Assembly: GCA_016866975.1 (NCBI GenBank)
Contig: VGKP01000003.1
Span: 1-53,082 of the forward strand
Length of the DNA: 53,082 nucleotides
Direction of reading: 5' to 3'
DNA from: Candidatus Pacearchaeota archaeon
GTDB lineage: Archaea; Nanobdellota; Nanobdellia; Pacearchaeales; GW2011-AR1
Below, one piece after another: positions 20,280-29,863 of this stretch (position 1 is its first letter; each line of letters begins with the position of its first letter). Both the position numbers and the translations under genes were made by a program. The notes beneath the pieces are model-generated. The model searched no databases and was not told the origin of the DNA. It worked only from the letters and a program-made list of their open reading frames with translations.

Positions 20280-20834
20280 ATGGCATGGTTCCTCTGGATA
20301 ATCTTGGCAATTGTCGCTTTGATAGTAATCGCATTCATCTATTATTACAATAAGTTCGTTGTCTTGGACAACAGAATAGATAATTCTCTTTCTCAGATAG
20401 ATGTCCAGCTCAAGAAGAGAGCAGACCTTGTTCCAAATCTTCTTAACTCTGTTAAGGGATACATGAAACACGAAAAAGGCATAATAAAGGAAGTGACTGA
20501 CGCAAGAAAAGCCCTTCTTGGAGCAAAAGATATTCCAGAGAAAGCAAAAGCTGGCGCTGAGCTTCAGGCAGCCCTTAAATCTCTCTTTGCTCTGGCTGAG
20601 AATTATCCAAATCTAAAGGCAAATGAAAACTTCATACACCTTCAACAGGAACTTTCAGCCATAGAAGAAAGGATTGCCTACAGCAGACAGTATTATAACG
20701 ATTCAATATTGAGCTTTAACAACTCAGTAGAATCTTTCCCAGGAGTGATGTTTGCAAATATATATGGCAAGAAAGAGAAGCCATTCCTAGCCATAAAAGA
20801 AGAGGAAAGAGCAGTTCCAAAAGTAGAATTCTAA
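20280..20834 (+). CDS. lemA: LemA family protein
   Basis: N-terminal TM, QLKKRADLVPNL, AENYPNLKAN and RQYYND motifs. TATA starts 29 nt upstream. Confidence 0.93.
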   Translation: MAWFLWIILAIVALIVIAFIYYYNKFVVLDNRIDNSLSQIDVQLKKRADLVPNLLNSVKGYMKHEKGIIKEVTDARKALLGAKDIPEKAKAGAELQAALKSLFALAENYPNLKANENFIHLQQELSAIEERIAYSRQYYNDSILSFNNSVESFPGVMFANIYGKKEKPFLAIKEEERAVPKVEF

Positions 20835-20898
20835 GATTTTACTTTTGTAAAATCCTGGACACCAATACCTTTAAATTATCTTTATTCTCAATCCAAGT

Positions 20899-22131
20899 AT
20901 GTCATTTAGAATAGTTTCTCCCGATTTGCAGACTCTTGACCTTAATGTTGTAGAATTAAACAAAAGATATGGGATGATTCTTCATTCTCTTAATAATTTC
21001 ACAAATACCTATGCTGCACAAGAGATGATCAAGAATATTGAAGCTCTAAAAAGAAGATTAGAGAGTCTAAAAGTCTCTGGATTTGACCTCCTAGTCCAGA
21101 AAAATCATTTGGCTAACCTTGAAGTACAGAGAGTATATTTAGAATATTTTGCTACAAGAACAAAAGAGAATACAGAGCAGATGTTCTCAAAGGTCCTTGG
21201 AAAAGACGCTTTGAAGATTATAAAAGATAATATAAAGTCAATAGATTACAAGAAAATGTGGGAATATTATTGTTCATATCAAGAATACACTTACAGGCAG
21301 ATACCTTCAGACGACGAATCCTTGCGCCCGCGATTAAAGGATATTCTTGTCCAACTTAAGCAAGATACTCTTGCCTATGGAGAGGAGAAGTTCAATTTCT
21401 CAAAGGATTATACATTTGACCTCATCCTTAGCCAACCCTATTCAACAAGGACATTTTTCCACCCTACAACGAAGAGAATGGAAGTATCTCCAAATACATT
21501 CTTCGTCTTCCATGACGACGGCGAGGTCAAGATAAATGTCTGTGGCGTGATTGAAGCCCTTTTCCACGAGCTCCTAGGGCACGGAAGACACGAGTTCAAC
21601 TCACGTTCAATGCCTCCTGGATTGCAAGACAATGGAGTGAATATCACCGTGCCCACTTCACACGTACATGCAGAAGGAGTTTCTCAAACGACAAAACATA
21701 TCTCCTTGGATTTCATGAGAAAATATCAGAAGAAATACAATATAGAAGAAGAGTATATCCGACAAAGAGAGCTTTCAGTATCCTCTGAGGCTACAGTCAA
21801 CTTCTGGGTCTACTTCAATTACCTCAAGCTTCAGTCATTTGAGAAGAAAAAGATAGATGTAGAGAAAGAATTCCTTTCCCTGACTAACAACTACGGCCTT
21901 TTCCTCATTTATTCTACATCGGAGCATTCCTCTTTGTCATGCGTCAAAGACGCAACATATCCTATCGGCCTGAAATATATGAATGATCTTCTTGAGAAGC
22001 TTAAGAAAGAATTGGGCGAGAAATCTTTTGCCCAGCAGCATGCCAGGATATACGAAGCCATAGCCACAGGAGTATGGCACTATTCAGTCCTCCCTCAATT
22101 CGTGAAGATGTTTCTTGAAGAGAAAGATTAG
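20899..22131 (+). CDS. Hypothetical protein, possible zinc metallopeptidase (HELLGH motif)
   Basis: FHELLGHGRH followed by HAEG. Confidence 0.45.
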   Translation: MSFRIVSPDLQTLDLNVVELNKRYGMILHSLNNFTNTYAAQEMIKNIEALKRRLESLKVSGFDLLVQKNHLANLEVQRVYLEYFATRTKENTEQMFSKVLGKDALKIIKDNIKSIDYKKMWEYYCSYQEYTYRQIPSDDESLRPRLKDILVQLKQDTLAYGEEKFNFSKDYTFDLILSQPYSTRTFFHPTTKRMEVSPNTFFVFHDDGEVKINVCGVIEALFHELLGHGRHEFNSRSMPPGLQDNGVNITVPTSHVHAEGVSQTTKHISLDFMRKYQKKYNIEEEYIRQRELSVSSEATVNFWVYFNYLKLQSFEKKKIDVEKEFLSLTNNYGLFLIYSTSEHSSLSCVKDATYPIGLKYMNDLLEKLKKELGEKSFAQQHARIYEAIATGVWHYSVLPQFVKMFLEEKD

Positions 22132-22136
22132 ATTAA

Positions 22137-22652
22137 TTATGTCTTTTTTCCCATCACTCTCTGTATAATATTCCTATAAGGTCTCTCCTGAGCCATCCTC
22201 TCAAGCATCCCTCCAACTTTTCCAGTTTCATCAGGAGTAAGCTCGAACCACGCCATTTCGCCATTAACAATGGGTTTTACAACATAAGCATTGACTTCAT
22301 TCTGCCCAAAACCTGCAAAAAGAAGAGGACTATAGCTATACACGCTATTTATCTTTCTAGTAATTTGTTCTTCAATTCCCAGCCTTGGTGCCACTTTTCC
22401 CACTTCTAGCAATACCTTCTCATCAGATGTCCAGCATGTATCTCTATCTTCTAATCCGTCCCAGACAACTTCTGCTCTCGCGGCAAGTCCCGTTCTAAGC
22501 TCGGGAGACAATCTGAAAGCCTCACTGTTGCCATCCGCAGTATAACTAGGATACACAAAATCTACGCTGGGCAGTTTCCAACGATTAGTAATTCTCTTGA
22601 ACCTATAATTCTGTACAAGTGCATCTATAGTTTTTTTCATAAGAACAAGCAA
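22137..22652 (-). CDS. Hypothetical protein
   Basis: 171 aa ORF with no recognised motif. Confidence 0.5.
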   Translation of the reverse strand: MLVLMKKTIDALVQNYRFKRITNRWKLPSVDFVYPSYTADGNSEAFRLSPELRTGLAARAEVVWDGLEDRDTCWTSDEKVLLEVGKVAPRLGIEEQITRKINSVYSYSPLLFAGFGQNEVNAYVVKPIVNGEMAWFELTPDETGKVGGMLERMAQERPYRNIIQRVMGKKT

Positions 22653-22748
22653 TACTGTGATATTATATTATTTAACCCTTATATTTCAGACACCAAAACC
22701 ATGTTATACTTTAGAAATATTTATATACCCCTTTAAAGTAAACTAGGT

Positions 22749-23609
22749 ATGAAAAAGGCACAGGTGTTCGGAATTATTTTCCTTTTAGCTTTCTCTATTC
22801 TTATCACTACATCGTTTGTGATTGCTGAAGGTGCCGGAGGGCCTGGAGGGCCTGCAGGAACCTCTGGTGCAGGTAATACGTTTGCAACTTCAATAAACAA
22901 AGGAATTACTACTGTTACTAGTGTGCTCGAGCCTATATTCATCCAGATTCTTGGAAGTGATGGTACTACAGACAACGCCTACCTTTTTGCGAGGATTCTT
23001 TTCTTATTTTTGATTTTCTCAGTTATTTATGTTGTTTTGAGCAGAGTACCTTTTTTTATTGATAGAACGGGAATAGTGGTTCTTATCGGCGCCTTAATAT
23101 CCATATTATCTATGAGATCCGTAGTATCTCCAGCTATGATCGAAGCAATCGCTCTTCCAACAGAGACATTGGGGATTGCTATTTCTGTAGGAATCCCTCT
23201 TGTAGTTGCAGCATTCTTGATTGAAAGCCAGCAAGGATTAGGGGCAGCTGGAGTCCCTCGTGCAGCAAGAAATTCTGCATGGATTTTAATAATAGTAATA
23301 CTGTTAGGTTTATGGATAACCAGATATGATGCCTTAACACAGAAAGGATTAAATCCATTTGCACTCTATGTATACCCTCTTGCAGCATTTCTTGCATTCC
23401 TAATGATGATATTTGACGGAACAATCCAAAAGTGGAGAGTAGGATGGCAAATTGATAAAGCCCGTGAAGAATCCAAGAGCGATGAAATGAGAGCTTACAA
23501 AAGAGAACTAATAGAATTAGATGGGGATTTAAGAACTAACGTAATTACTAATGCAGAATATCACCGAAGAGTAAGTAAAATAAGAGCTAAGATCAAAGCT
23601 TTATCATAA
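22749..23609 (+). CDS. Multi-pass membrane protein (paralog of the next gene)
   Basis: Shares an LFxK/RxLxxFxxxxxxxxxLxxxPxF pattern with 23642-24421. TATA starts 29 nt upstream. Confidence 0.65.
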   Translation: MKKAQVFGIIFLLAFSILITTSFVIAEGAGGPGGPAGTSGAGNTFATSINKGITTVTSVLEPIFIQILGSDGTTDNAYLFARILFLFLIFSVIYVVLSRVPFFIDRTGIVVLIGALISILSMRSVVSPAMIEAIALPTETLGIAISVGIPLVVAAFLIESQQGLGAAGVPRAARNSAWILIIVILLGLWITRYDALTQKGLNPFALYVYPLAAFLAFLMMIFDGTIQKWRVGWQIDKAREESKSDEMRAYKRELIELDGDLRTNVITNAEYHRRVSKIRAKIKALS

Positions 23610-23641
23610 ATCTTTATAAACTCCTTTTACTAATTACTGAT

Positions 23642-24421
23642 ATGAAAAGATGCGTATCACTTTTATTCTTATTATTCTTAACAACTTTATTTGTATCTCC
23701 CTTTACCTCTGCATATCAAGACATAAGATATTATACCGAAACTACCGTAGATGCCTTTGTAAACGCTGTAGAGCCATTCCTTCAAGCTATACTTGGAGGA
23801 AACGATTGGACAAGCAAGTACTTGTTTGAGAAGCTCCTTATTTATTTCATCCTTGTCGCGTTGGTATTCTTCTCATTGAAAAACATCCCTGCATTCAGGG
23901 ATAGTGGCTCAAAGGTAACTGGATTTATATCCTTCCTGATACCTCTTATAGGCGTAAGATACATCGAGCCTGCATGGATTGAAGCGATACTCCTCCAATA
24001 CCAGATACTTGCAATAGCTCTTGCAGGCATTCTCCCTTTTATAATCTACTTCTTCTTCCTTCATGAAGGTGTAGGGAAAGAAAACGATGTGATAAGGAAA
24101 GTGGGATGGGTATTCTTCATAGTCATCTACTTTGGGCTCTGGACAACTGCTCCATCCAGTTCTTATGCAGACATCTATTTCTGGACAATGGTTGCATCCC
24201 TTATTTTACTTTTTATGGACAATACCATTCATCGAGCATTGATAATGCAAGATATGAAAAGAGCAGGAAGAACGCAAATAGCATTATATATTGGAGACTT
24301 AAGAGATAAGATTAGAGTTATTAGGGGTTCAGGACTCCCCCCAAATCAGATAGACAGCGAAGTAAGAGGATTAGAAAATCAAATCAGAAAAGCAATCAAA
24401 CAAATGGGAAGAATCCCTTAA
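23642..24421 (+). CDS. Multi-pass membrane protein (paralog of the previous gene)
   Basis: Same architecture: signal peptide, 5-6 TM and a C-terminal helix. TATA starts 29 nt upstream. Confidence 0.65.
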   Translation: MKRCVSLLFLLFLTTLFVSPFTSAYQDIRYYTETTVDAFVNAVEPFLQAILGGNDWTSKYLFEKLLIYFILVALVFFSLKNIPAFRDSGSKVTGFISFLIPLIGVRYIEPAWIEAILLQYQILAIALAGILPFIIYFFFLHEGVGKENDVIRKVGWVFFIVIYFGLWTTAPSSSYADIYFWTMVASLILLFMDNTIHRALIMQDMKRAGRTQIALYIGDLRDKIRVIRGSGLPPNQIDSEVRGLENQIRKAIKQMGRIP

Positions 24422-24428
24422 AAATATT

Positions 24429-24680
24429 TCAAATTCTTCTATATCCTACAACTTTCTTGCCCTCATAAATAGGCACTTCTGTGCCTTTCTTCTGTCCCTT
24501 TCCAGCAAGATAGACTAACACAGCCCCTATAATAGTTACAATCAGGCTTAAAGGCATAATGACAGTTGAAGACATTGATGCAGACAAGGACAAATAATTT
24601 CTTATAGGAGGAAAACTTGTGCTAGCAAGCCCTATTATCCCTAATGCAACTATAACATAACCCAATAATTTACTCACCAT
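24429..24680 (-). CDS. Small two-TM membrane protein
   Basis: Two hydrophobic helices and a VPIYEGKKVVGYRR tail. Confidence 0.6.
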   Translation of the reverse strand: MVSKLLGYVIVALGIIGLASTSFPPIRNYLSLSASMSSTVIMPLSLIVTIIGAVLVYLAGKGQKKGTEVPIYEGKKVVGYRRI

Positions 24681-24841
24681 CTTTACTAACTCAGCAGTTT
24701 TTTATATATAAACTTTTCTCATGGGAGGTGGATTGACATGTCAAAAACTCTCTTTGTACACTCCTTTAAATTAACCCCTTGATAGCCAAGGAGTTCTTGA
24801 CAATAGGAAAGTTTAAAAATTAACCATCATTAATTTCAAGA

Positions 24842-25498
24842 ATGTTCTTTAAGAAAAAATCAGAGAAAGAGAAACTTCGCTGCATGAATTGCGAATCAAA
24901 GGTCAGCGATAGCTTCATGTTCTGCCCCTATTGCGGAGAGAGTCTTGTAGATCCTGTTGAAGAGATGGAAGATTTTGGGATACTCGGAAGAAACGATATG
25001 GTCAACGAAGAGATGTTTTCTCCAACTCCTTCTCAATTAAGTATGACTGAGAAGATATTAAACTCTTTTATGAGTACTCTTATGAAAAGTATCGACCAGC
25101 AGGTCCAAAAATCCCAAAATGATAAGTCAGAGGTGACTGCTTTCCCTAATGGCATCAAGATAAGAATAGGCATGCCTGGACAGCAACAGCAGCCTAAGAA
25201 GGAAGAGCCTGTCATGAAGGTTTTTACTGATGACCAACTCAAGAAGATGTCTGGACTTCCCAGGACAAAAGCCAAAATGACGATGAAAAGGCTGAATAAT
25301 AAAGTCATATATGAGCTAAATACTCCAGGAATAAACTCCAGAGAAGACATCTATCTGGCAAAACTAGAATCAGGATATGAAATAAAGGCAATATCTGACA
25401 AGAAAGTATATGTAAACAGCATACCTATAAACCTTCCTTTAGACAACTACTCGATCCAAGACAACAAGCTCATTGTTGAATTCAAGGCGCAAAGATAA
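24842..25498 (+). CDS. Zinc-ribbon plus HSP20-like domain protein
   Basis: CxxC...CPYCG followed by a C-terminal alpha-crystallin-like beta pattern. Confidence 0.65.
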   Translation: MFFKKKSEKEKLRCMNCESKVSDSFMFCPYCGESLVDPVEEMEDFGILGRNDMVNEEMFSPTPSQLSMTEKILNSFMSTLMKSIDQQVQKSQNDKSEVTAFPNGIKIRIGMPGQQQQPKKEEPVMKVFTDDQLKKMSGLPRTKAKMTMKRLNNKVIYELNTPGINSREDIYLAKLESGYEIKAISDKKVYVNSIPINLPLDNYSIQDNKLIVEFKAQR

Positions 25499-25578
25499 TA
25501 TTCTCTTTAAAGTTTCTCGATACAACTAAGAATTCTTTCTGCAGATATCCATAGGGCAATTGACTAAGGACATAGGGA

Positions 25579-25652
25579 TGATCCCGCCAAGATTTGAACT
25601 TGGGACCCCTACCGTATCAGGATAGTGCTCTAACCAACTGAGCTACGGGATC
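25579..25652 (-). tRNA. tRNA-Ile(GAT)
   Basis: GATCCCG/CGGGATC acceptor, CTATC-CT-GAT-AC-GGTAG anticodon arm, CCAAG-TTCAAAT-CTTGG T-arm, A73. Confidence 0.95.
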
Positions 25653-25817
25653 AAGTATACCGAGCTTTGAACATTTAAAAATATGCTGGTTAATAATCCA
25701 ACTTGCTCGAAAAGTCTCACATCTCGAAGAATTTACTTTGCGAAGATGTTAAGAACAACACAATAGAGTGAAAACTCCATTAAGAATAAATACCCCGCTT
25801 TTCTATCATTCGAATAA

Positions 25818-25888
25818 GCAGCTTTAGTTCATCGGTAGAATGCGACCTTCCCAAGGTCGAGAGACGGGTTCAATTCCCGTAAGCTGCA
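25818..25888 (+). tRNA. tRNA-Gly(CCC)
   Basis: GCAGCTT/AAGCTGC acceptor, CGACC-TT-CCC-AA-GGTCG anticodon arm, ACGGG-TTCAATT-CCCGT T-arm, A73 (archaeal type). Confidence 0.93.
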
Positions 25889-26073
25889 TTGCTTACGGGA
25901 AGAATTCGCTGCAATTTTTATATGATTGCAGCTGCCGCGGACTTTGTCTGCGAGCACCGTAAGCTGCATTGCTTACGGGAAGAATTCGCTGCAATTATTA
26001 TATGATTGCAGCTGCCGCGGACTTTGTCTGCGAGCACCGTAAGCTGCATTGCTTACGGGAAGAATTCGCTGCA
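25877..26073 (+). repeat. 80-bp tandem repeat (about 2.5 copies) beginning with the last 12 nt of tRNA-Gly
   Basis: CCGTAAGCTGCA at 25877, 25957 and 26037. Units 1 and 2 differ at one base. Confidence 0.95.
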
Positions 26074-27666
26074 TCACCATTCTTGAGCATCCAACTTACT
26101 AGACTTTCTCATATAGGCTACCAATATGAATATGACGATTATTATAATCAAAGACAATATAAACAATAAAGCTACCCAGTAGACTATGCCTGCGTTCTGC
26201 ACTTTTGATCCTGGACCCAATAATGTGCTATTGATTGTAAGATTGGAACTGTTTACCACTAAATTGTTGTTTGTAGATGCACTTCCGCTTTGTTTTGAAA
26301 CTGGAAAAGCTTCTCTTACGGCCAAGATTTTAAGATTTGCCTTTCCAGATGTAATGCTTATTAATGTCACATTTAGGTCAAAATATAAGTCGCTGTTAAC
26401 ATCGAATTGTCTTGTCTGTCCAACAGCTATGGTTGCCTGCTGTGGTGTTGAAGAGACATTGATGACTACGCTCTGCCCAAAGACATTTACCATCCCTACA
26501 TGATGGTCTTCCCCGGCCACCTTGACTCTTATGGCTTCAGAATTTGCAAGTTCTTTTGTATATCCTGCATTTGCTTGAGTATCATTTATTATAAATATTA
26601 ACTTCCATTGAGGTGAACTTGTTATCTGGGACCCAGAATTGCCCTCTGAAGGCACGCAAGCCGACGTGGTAGCTGTAGCATTCTGAGCTTTAGAGTTTCC
26701 AGCACTATCTGTACAAGTGACAGTATAATTATAGTTGCTAAGACAAGTCAGACTTGATTCTGTAAGTCTTTGACTTGTCCCATTTCCAGATATAGTTGCT
26801 CCTGACCTGCTTGATGTGCACATTGCACTGACTCCAGATAGAGAATCACTGAGAGTTATGTTAATAGACACTACAGATGCAGTAACTTCTGAAGTAGATA
26901 AAGTTACAGTAGGAGAGGTAGTATCTAAGATAAATATTCTATTCTCGCTCCAGTTCCTGTTTCCAAAGCTATCATTGGCACTAACATTTATCCTATAGGT
27001 TCCCTGAACAAGTCCGCTGAAATTTACATTTATTGATGATGAAGTATAGTTTGTAGTAGAATTTACTATCTGGTGAGAAGCATTATAGAGATAGAAAGAT
27101 ACTGACTGAAAAATGCCATTATCTGATACACTCACATTCATTGTCAAAGAAGTTGTAGAGAGATTTATCCCAGAAAGAGAGGTTGGAGAATTGAATGTCA
27201 AGGATGGAGGAGTAGTGTCATTCACAGATACTGCAATCAATGTAGTATTGGAGAATCCGGAGCTATTTGCCGTGATTATTGTAAAATTGAAATTGCCTGG
27301 ATTTGCCGCTGTAGCATTAAACCATACAAATACTCTGCTTCCATTTTTCACAATTCCTAAATCTGAAGAAGAAACATTCCATATAAGGTCTGATGAGCTT
27401 GAAAATGTCGTGCTTGTGCTGCTGCTCATTCCAGCACTACCTGAAACATAAGTAAATCCTGATGGGAGAGTTATGTTTATATAAGAAATATTCTCAGGAG
27501 ATGTCAAAGCAGTATTGTTTACAGAGATATTGTAAAGTATAGAGATGTCTTCATTTGAATTAAAAGAAGCCTGAAAGTCTGAGGTTAAGACTATATGCAA
27601 TGCAGACACTCCAAATAACAACACTATGAATAGAAAAGCGGCCGTTGAAAAAAGACTACACCTCAT
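26074..27666 (-). CDS. Surface/S-layer-like glycoprotein with Ig-like repeats and C-terminal TM anchor
   Basis: Signal peptide, dense N-x-S/T sequons, Ser/Thr rich; module-for-module paralog of the next gene. Confidence 0.75.
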   Translation of the reverse strand: MRCSLFSTAAFLFIVLLFGVSALHIVLTSDFQASFNSNEDISILYNISVNNTALTSPENISYINITLPSGFTYVSGSAGMSSSTSTTFSSSSDLIWNVSSSDLGIVKNGSRVFVWFNATAANPGNFNFTIITANSSGFSNTTLIAVSVNDTTPPSLTFNSPTSLSGINLSTTSLTMNVSVSDNGIFQSVSFYLYNASHQIVNSTTNYTSSSINVNFSGLVQGTYRINVSANDSFGNRNWSENRIFILDTTSPTVTLSTSEVTASVVSINITLSDSLSGVSAMCTSSRSGATISGNGTSQRLTESSLTCLSNYNYTVTCTDSAGNSKAQNATATTSACVPSEGNSGSQITSSPQWKLIFIINDTQANAGYTKELANSEAIRVKVAGEDHHVGMVNVFGQSVVINVSSTPQQATIAVGQTRQFDVNSDLYFDLNVTLISITSGKANLKILAVREAFPVSKQSGSASTNNNLVVNSSNLTINSTLLGPGSKVQNAGIVYWVALLFILSLIIIIVIFILVAYMRKSSKLDAQEW

Positions 27667-27696
27667 AGATGAAAAAAGATTACAAGTTTTATAAAT

Positions 27697-29706
27697 CTAC
27701 CTACGACGACGCCGCATCACTAGGACAATTAATATCACTACAATGATAGCCACTACAAGATACACATATTTATCTGAGGATAATGTTTTTTGGGTCTTCT
27801 TTTCTGCCTGCCCAACATCCTGTTTTTGTTCTCCGCTTTCTTGAGCAGTATTCTCAGAGGATGGCTTCTTATTGGTATCTGAAGCGACTATTGCTGAAGG
27901 CATTATCTCATAGACTTTCTTCATGGTTACATTAACCTTTCCAGCCTGAATGCTATTGAGGGTCACATTAAGGTCATAATAACTGTCATTTGTAAGCTCG
28001 AATTGCCTTGTCTGTCCTACTCTCAAAGTAACTTTCTGAGGTGTTGAAGCAACTTCAATAGTTGCAGTTCCAGCACTGGAATCAACACTCACAACTCCTA
28101 CACTATGACTGCCTCCACTTACAGTGATGCTCGCCTTCTGATTGGCTGAGAGAGAAGTAGAGACTCCTTCACTTACCTGCGTCTCCGTTACAGTCTGTAC
28201 TACTGACCAAGAAGGGGTTGTAGAAGGACTGCTTCCGCCGCCTCCACCGCCGCCGCCTCCTCCACTAGAACATCCTAAAGTTGTGAAATCCTTTGTCGCA
28301 GCCCCAGAACGACCACTCTGGTCGTAACAGGTTATGGTATATGAATACGTAGTGCTGCAAGTCAAGCTAGATTCTGTAAGTGTCTGACTTCCTCCCGTGC
28401 CACTTACGCTGGATGTAGAACGATTTGTAGTACAGGTGCCATTGATAGAAGATCCAGATTCGGCAACAGTAATTGGGACACTTATAGTTGTATCTGTTGA
28501 TGTAGACTCTCCAAGTGAGACTGTAGGGTTAGAAGTATCTACTGTAATAGTTCTTGTTGGCAGACTCAAATTCAGGTTTCCAGCAGTGTCATTGACTGTG
28601 ACATTAAAGAAGTAGACACCATCATTAAGTCCTGTGAAGTTAACATAGAATGAAGAGAGAGTGCCATTATCACTAGCAAATGTGAGATTGCTCCTAACAA
28701 TACTTCCACTTGCATTATGAAGCGATATATTAGTAAAATTGAAATTGGTATCAATTGCAGAAATATTGACAACTATAAAGTTTCTACTTACAAAAGAATT
28801 ATTTGCCTCAGTTCCAGTGCCATAGGTAGGAACAGGAATTATAGTATCGATAGTGACTGTTCTCGTAGCAGTAGTAGCATTGAGATTTCCAGCAGTATCA
28901 TTAGCTGTGACATTGAAATAGTATACACCATCAGCAAGATTTGTAATATTGAAGCTAAAGTTCGTGTTTAGTTTAGTTTCTTGAGAGACATTAGAGAATG
29001 TTGTAGTATTGGTATAATTGAACGTGCCTGAAAGATTAGAGCCGCTTGCATTGTAAAACATTCCACTCGCGTTAAAGAGTGCAAGTGTAATGGTTTGTAT
29101 TGCACCATTATCATATGTACTAGCATTAACAAAAATTGATCTAGCAGCGATAAAAGACCCATTTAATGGAGTTGACCCCTGATAAGTTATTGCATTCGGT
29201 ATGGTAGTATCATTTACAATTATTGAAATATTGGTATAATTGACAAAACCAGATACATTCATCGTCGTCACAGTCATATTGTATGTTCCAGGAGTAGATG
29301 CGTTGACCAAGAACCAGAAGTTTACCCTTGTTGCATTTGCTACAAGGATGGCTCCTGTCCCGTCTGCAAGAGTGCTGTTCCAAGAAAGCACAGTAGAAGT
29401 ATTAGTGAAAGTAATACCATACCCGCTTGTTGTTGCATTAGTTGCATTTGTCCCATTTAGGAAAGAAAATCCAGTAAGAAGAGTGACATTCACTTGAGTT
29501 ATATTATCGAAAGCAAGGAGAGCAGTGTTATTCACAGTTATATTTATTGTGAAATTCACATCTTCTCTAGCAGGAACGTGCCCAGCAGCATTGAGTGGCG
29601 CACCAGTAATTATGTCAAATCCTTGAACTATGGATAAAAATATTATAGCAAACAGAACAGACCATACGAATAAAAACACTGCAAACCATCTGCCCTCTTT
29701 TTTCAT
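27697..29706 (-). CDS. Surface/S-layer-like glycoprotein (paralog, with an internal duplicated module and poly-Gly linker); start likely MKKEGRW
   Basis: DGVY(Y/F)FNVT(A/V)NDTAGNLN occurs twice, a G10 linker, and TM plus basic tail. The upstream extension in the ORF track runs into the hairpin element. Confidence 0.75.
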   Translation of the reverse strand: MKKEGRWFAVFLFVWSVLFAIIFLSIVQGFDIITGAPLNAAGHVPAREDVNFTINITVNNTALLAFDNITQVNVTLLTGFSFLNGTNATNATTSGYGITFTNTSTVLSWNSTLADGTGAILVANATRVNFWFLVNASTPGTYNMTVTTMNVSGFVNYTNISIIVNDTTIPNAITYQGSTPLNGSFIAARSIFVNASTYDNGAIQTITLALFNASGMFYNASGSNLSGTFNYTNTTTFSNVSQETKLNTNFSFNITNLADGVYYFNVTANDTAGNLNATTATRTVTIDTIIPVPTYGTGTEANNSFVSRNFIVVNISAIDTNFNFTNISLHNASGSIVRSNLTFASDNGTLSSFYVNFTGLNDGVYFFNVTVNDTAGNLNLSLPTRTITVDTSNPTVSLGESTSTDTTISVPITVAESGSSINGTCTTNRSTSSVSGTGGSQTLTESSLTCSTTYSYTITCYDQSGRSGAATKDFTTLGCSSGGGGGGGGGGSSPSTTPSWSVVQTVTETQVSEGVSTSLSANQKASITVSGGSHSVGVVSVDSSAGTATIEVASTPQKVTLRVGQTRQFELTNDSYYDLNVTLNSIQAGKVNVTMKKVYEIMPSAIVASDTNKKPSSENTAQESGEQKQDVGQAEKKTQKTLSSDKYVYLVVAIIVVILIVLVMRRRRR

Positions 29707-29733
29707 CACTTTAAATCTATGAAAAACAGGTAT

Positions 29734-29855
29734 ATCACAAAAACGATGCGCCACCTCGGCTTAAAAGCCGAGGTTTGTTGCAGGCGCTCGTTTTTGGAGA
29801 TGCTCGGGAACCACCACACCTTGAAAGGTGTGGTTTTCATCGGTTCCCGACATAA
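29734..29855 (+). mobile_element. Hairpin element copy 3 (A + B)
   Basis: ATCA...ccacctcggcttaaaagccgagg...cgggaaccaccacaccttgaaaggtgtgg...GACATAA. Confidence 0.93.
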
Positions 29856-29863
29856 ATATTACG

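Noticed and set aside
20127-20471. 114-aa minus-strand ORF
   Set aside because: Mostly antisense to lemA, with no motif.
25877-26073. 80-bp tandem repeat as a mini-CRISPR
   Set aside because: The sequence between the apparent repeats is the same in each unit (one mismatch), so there are no unique spacers.
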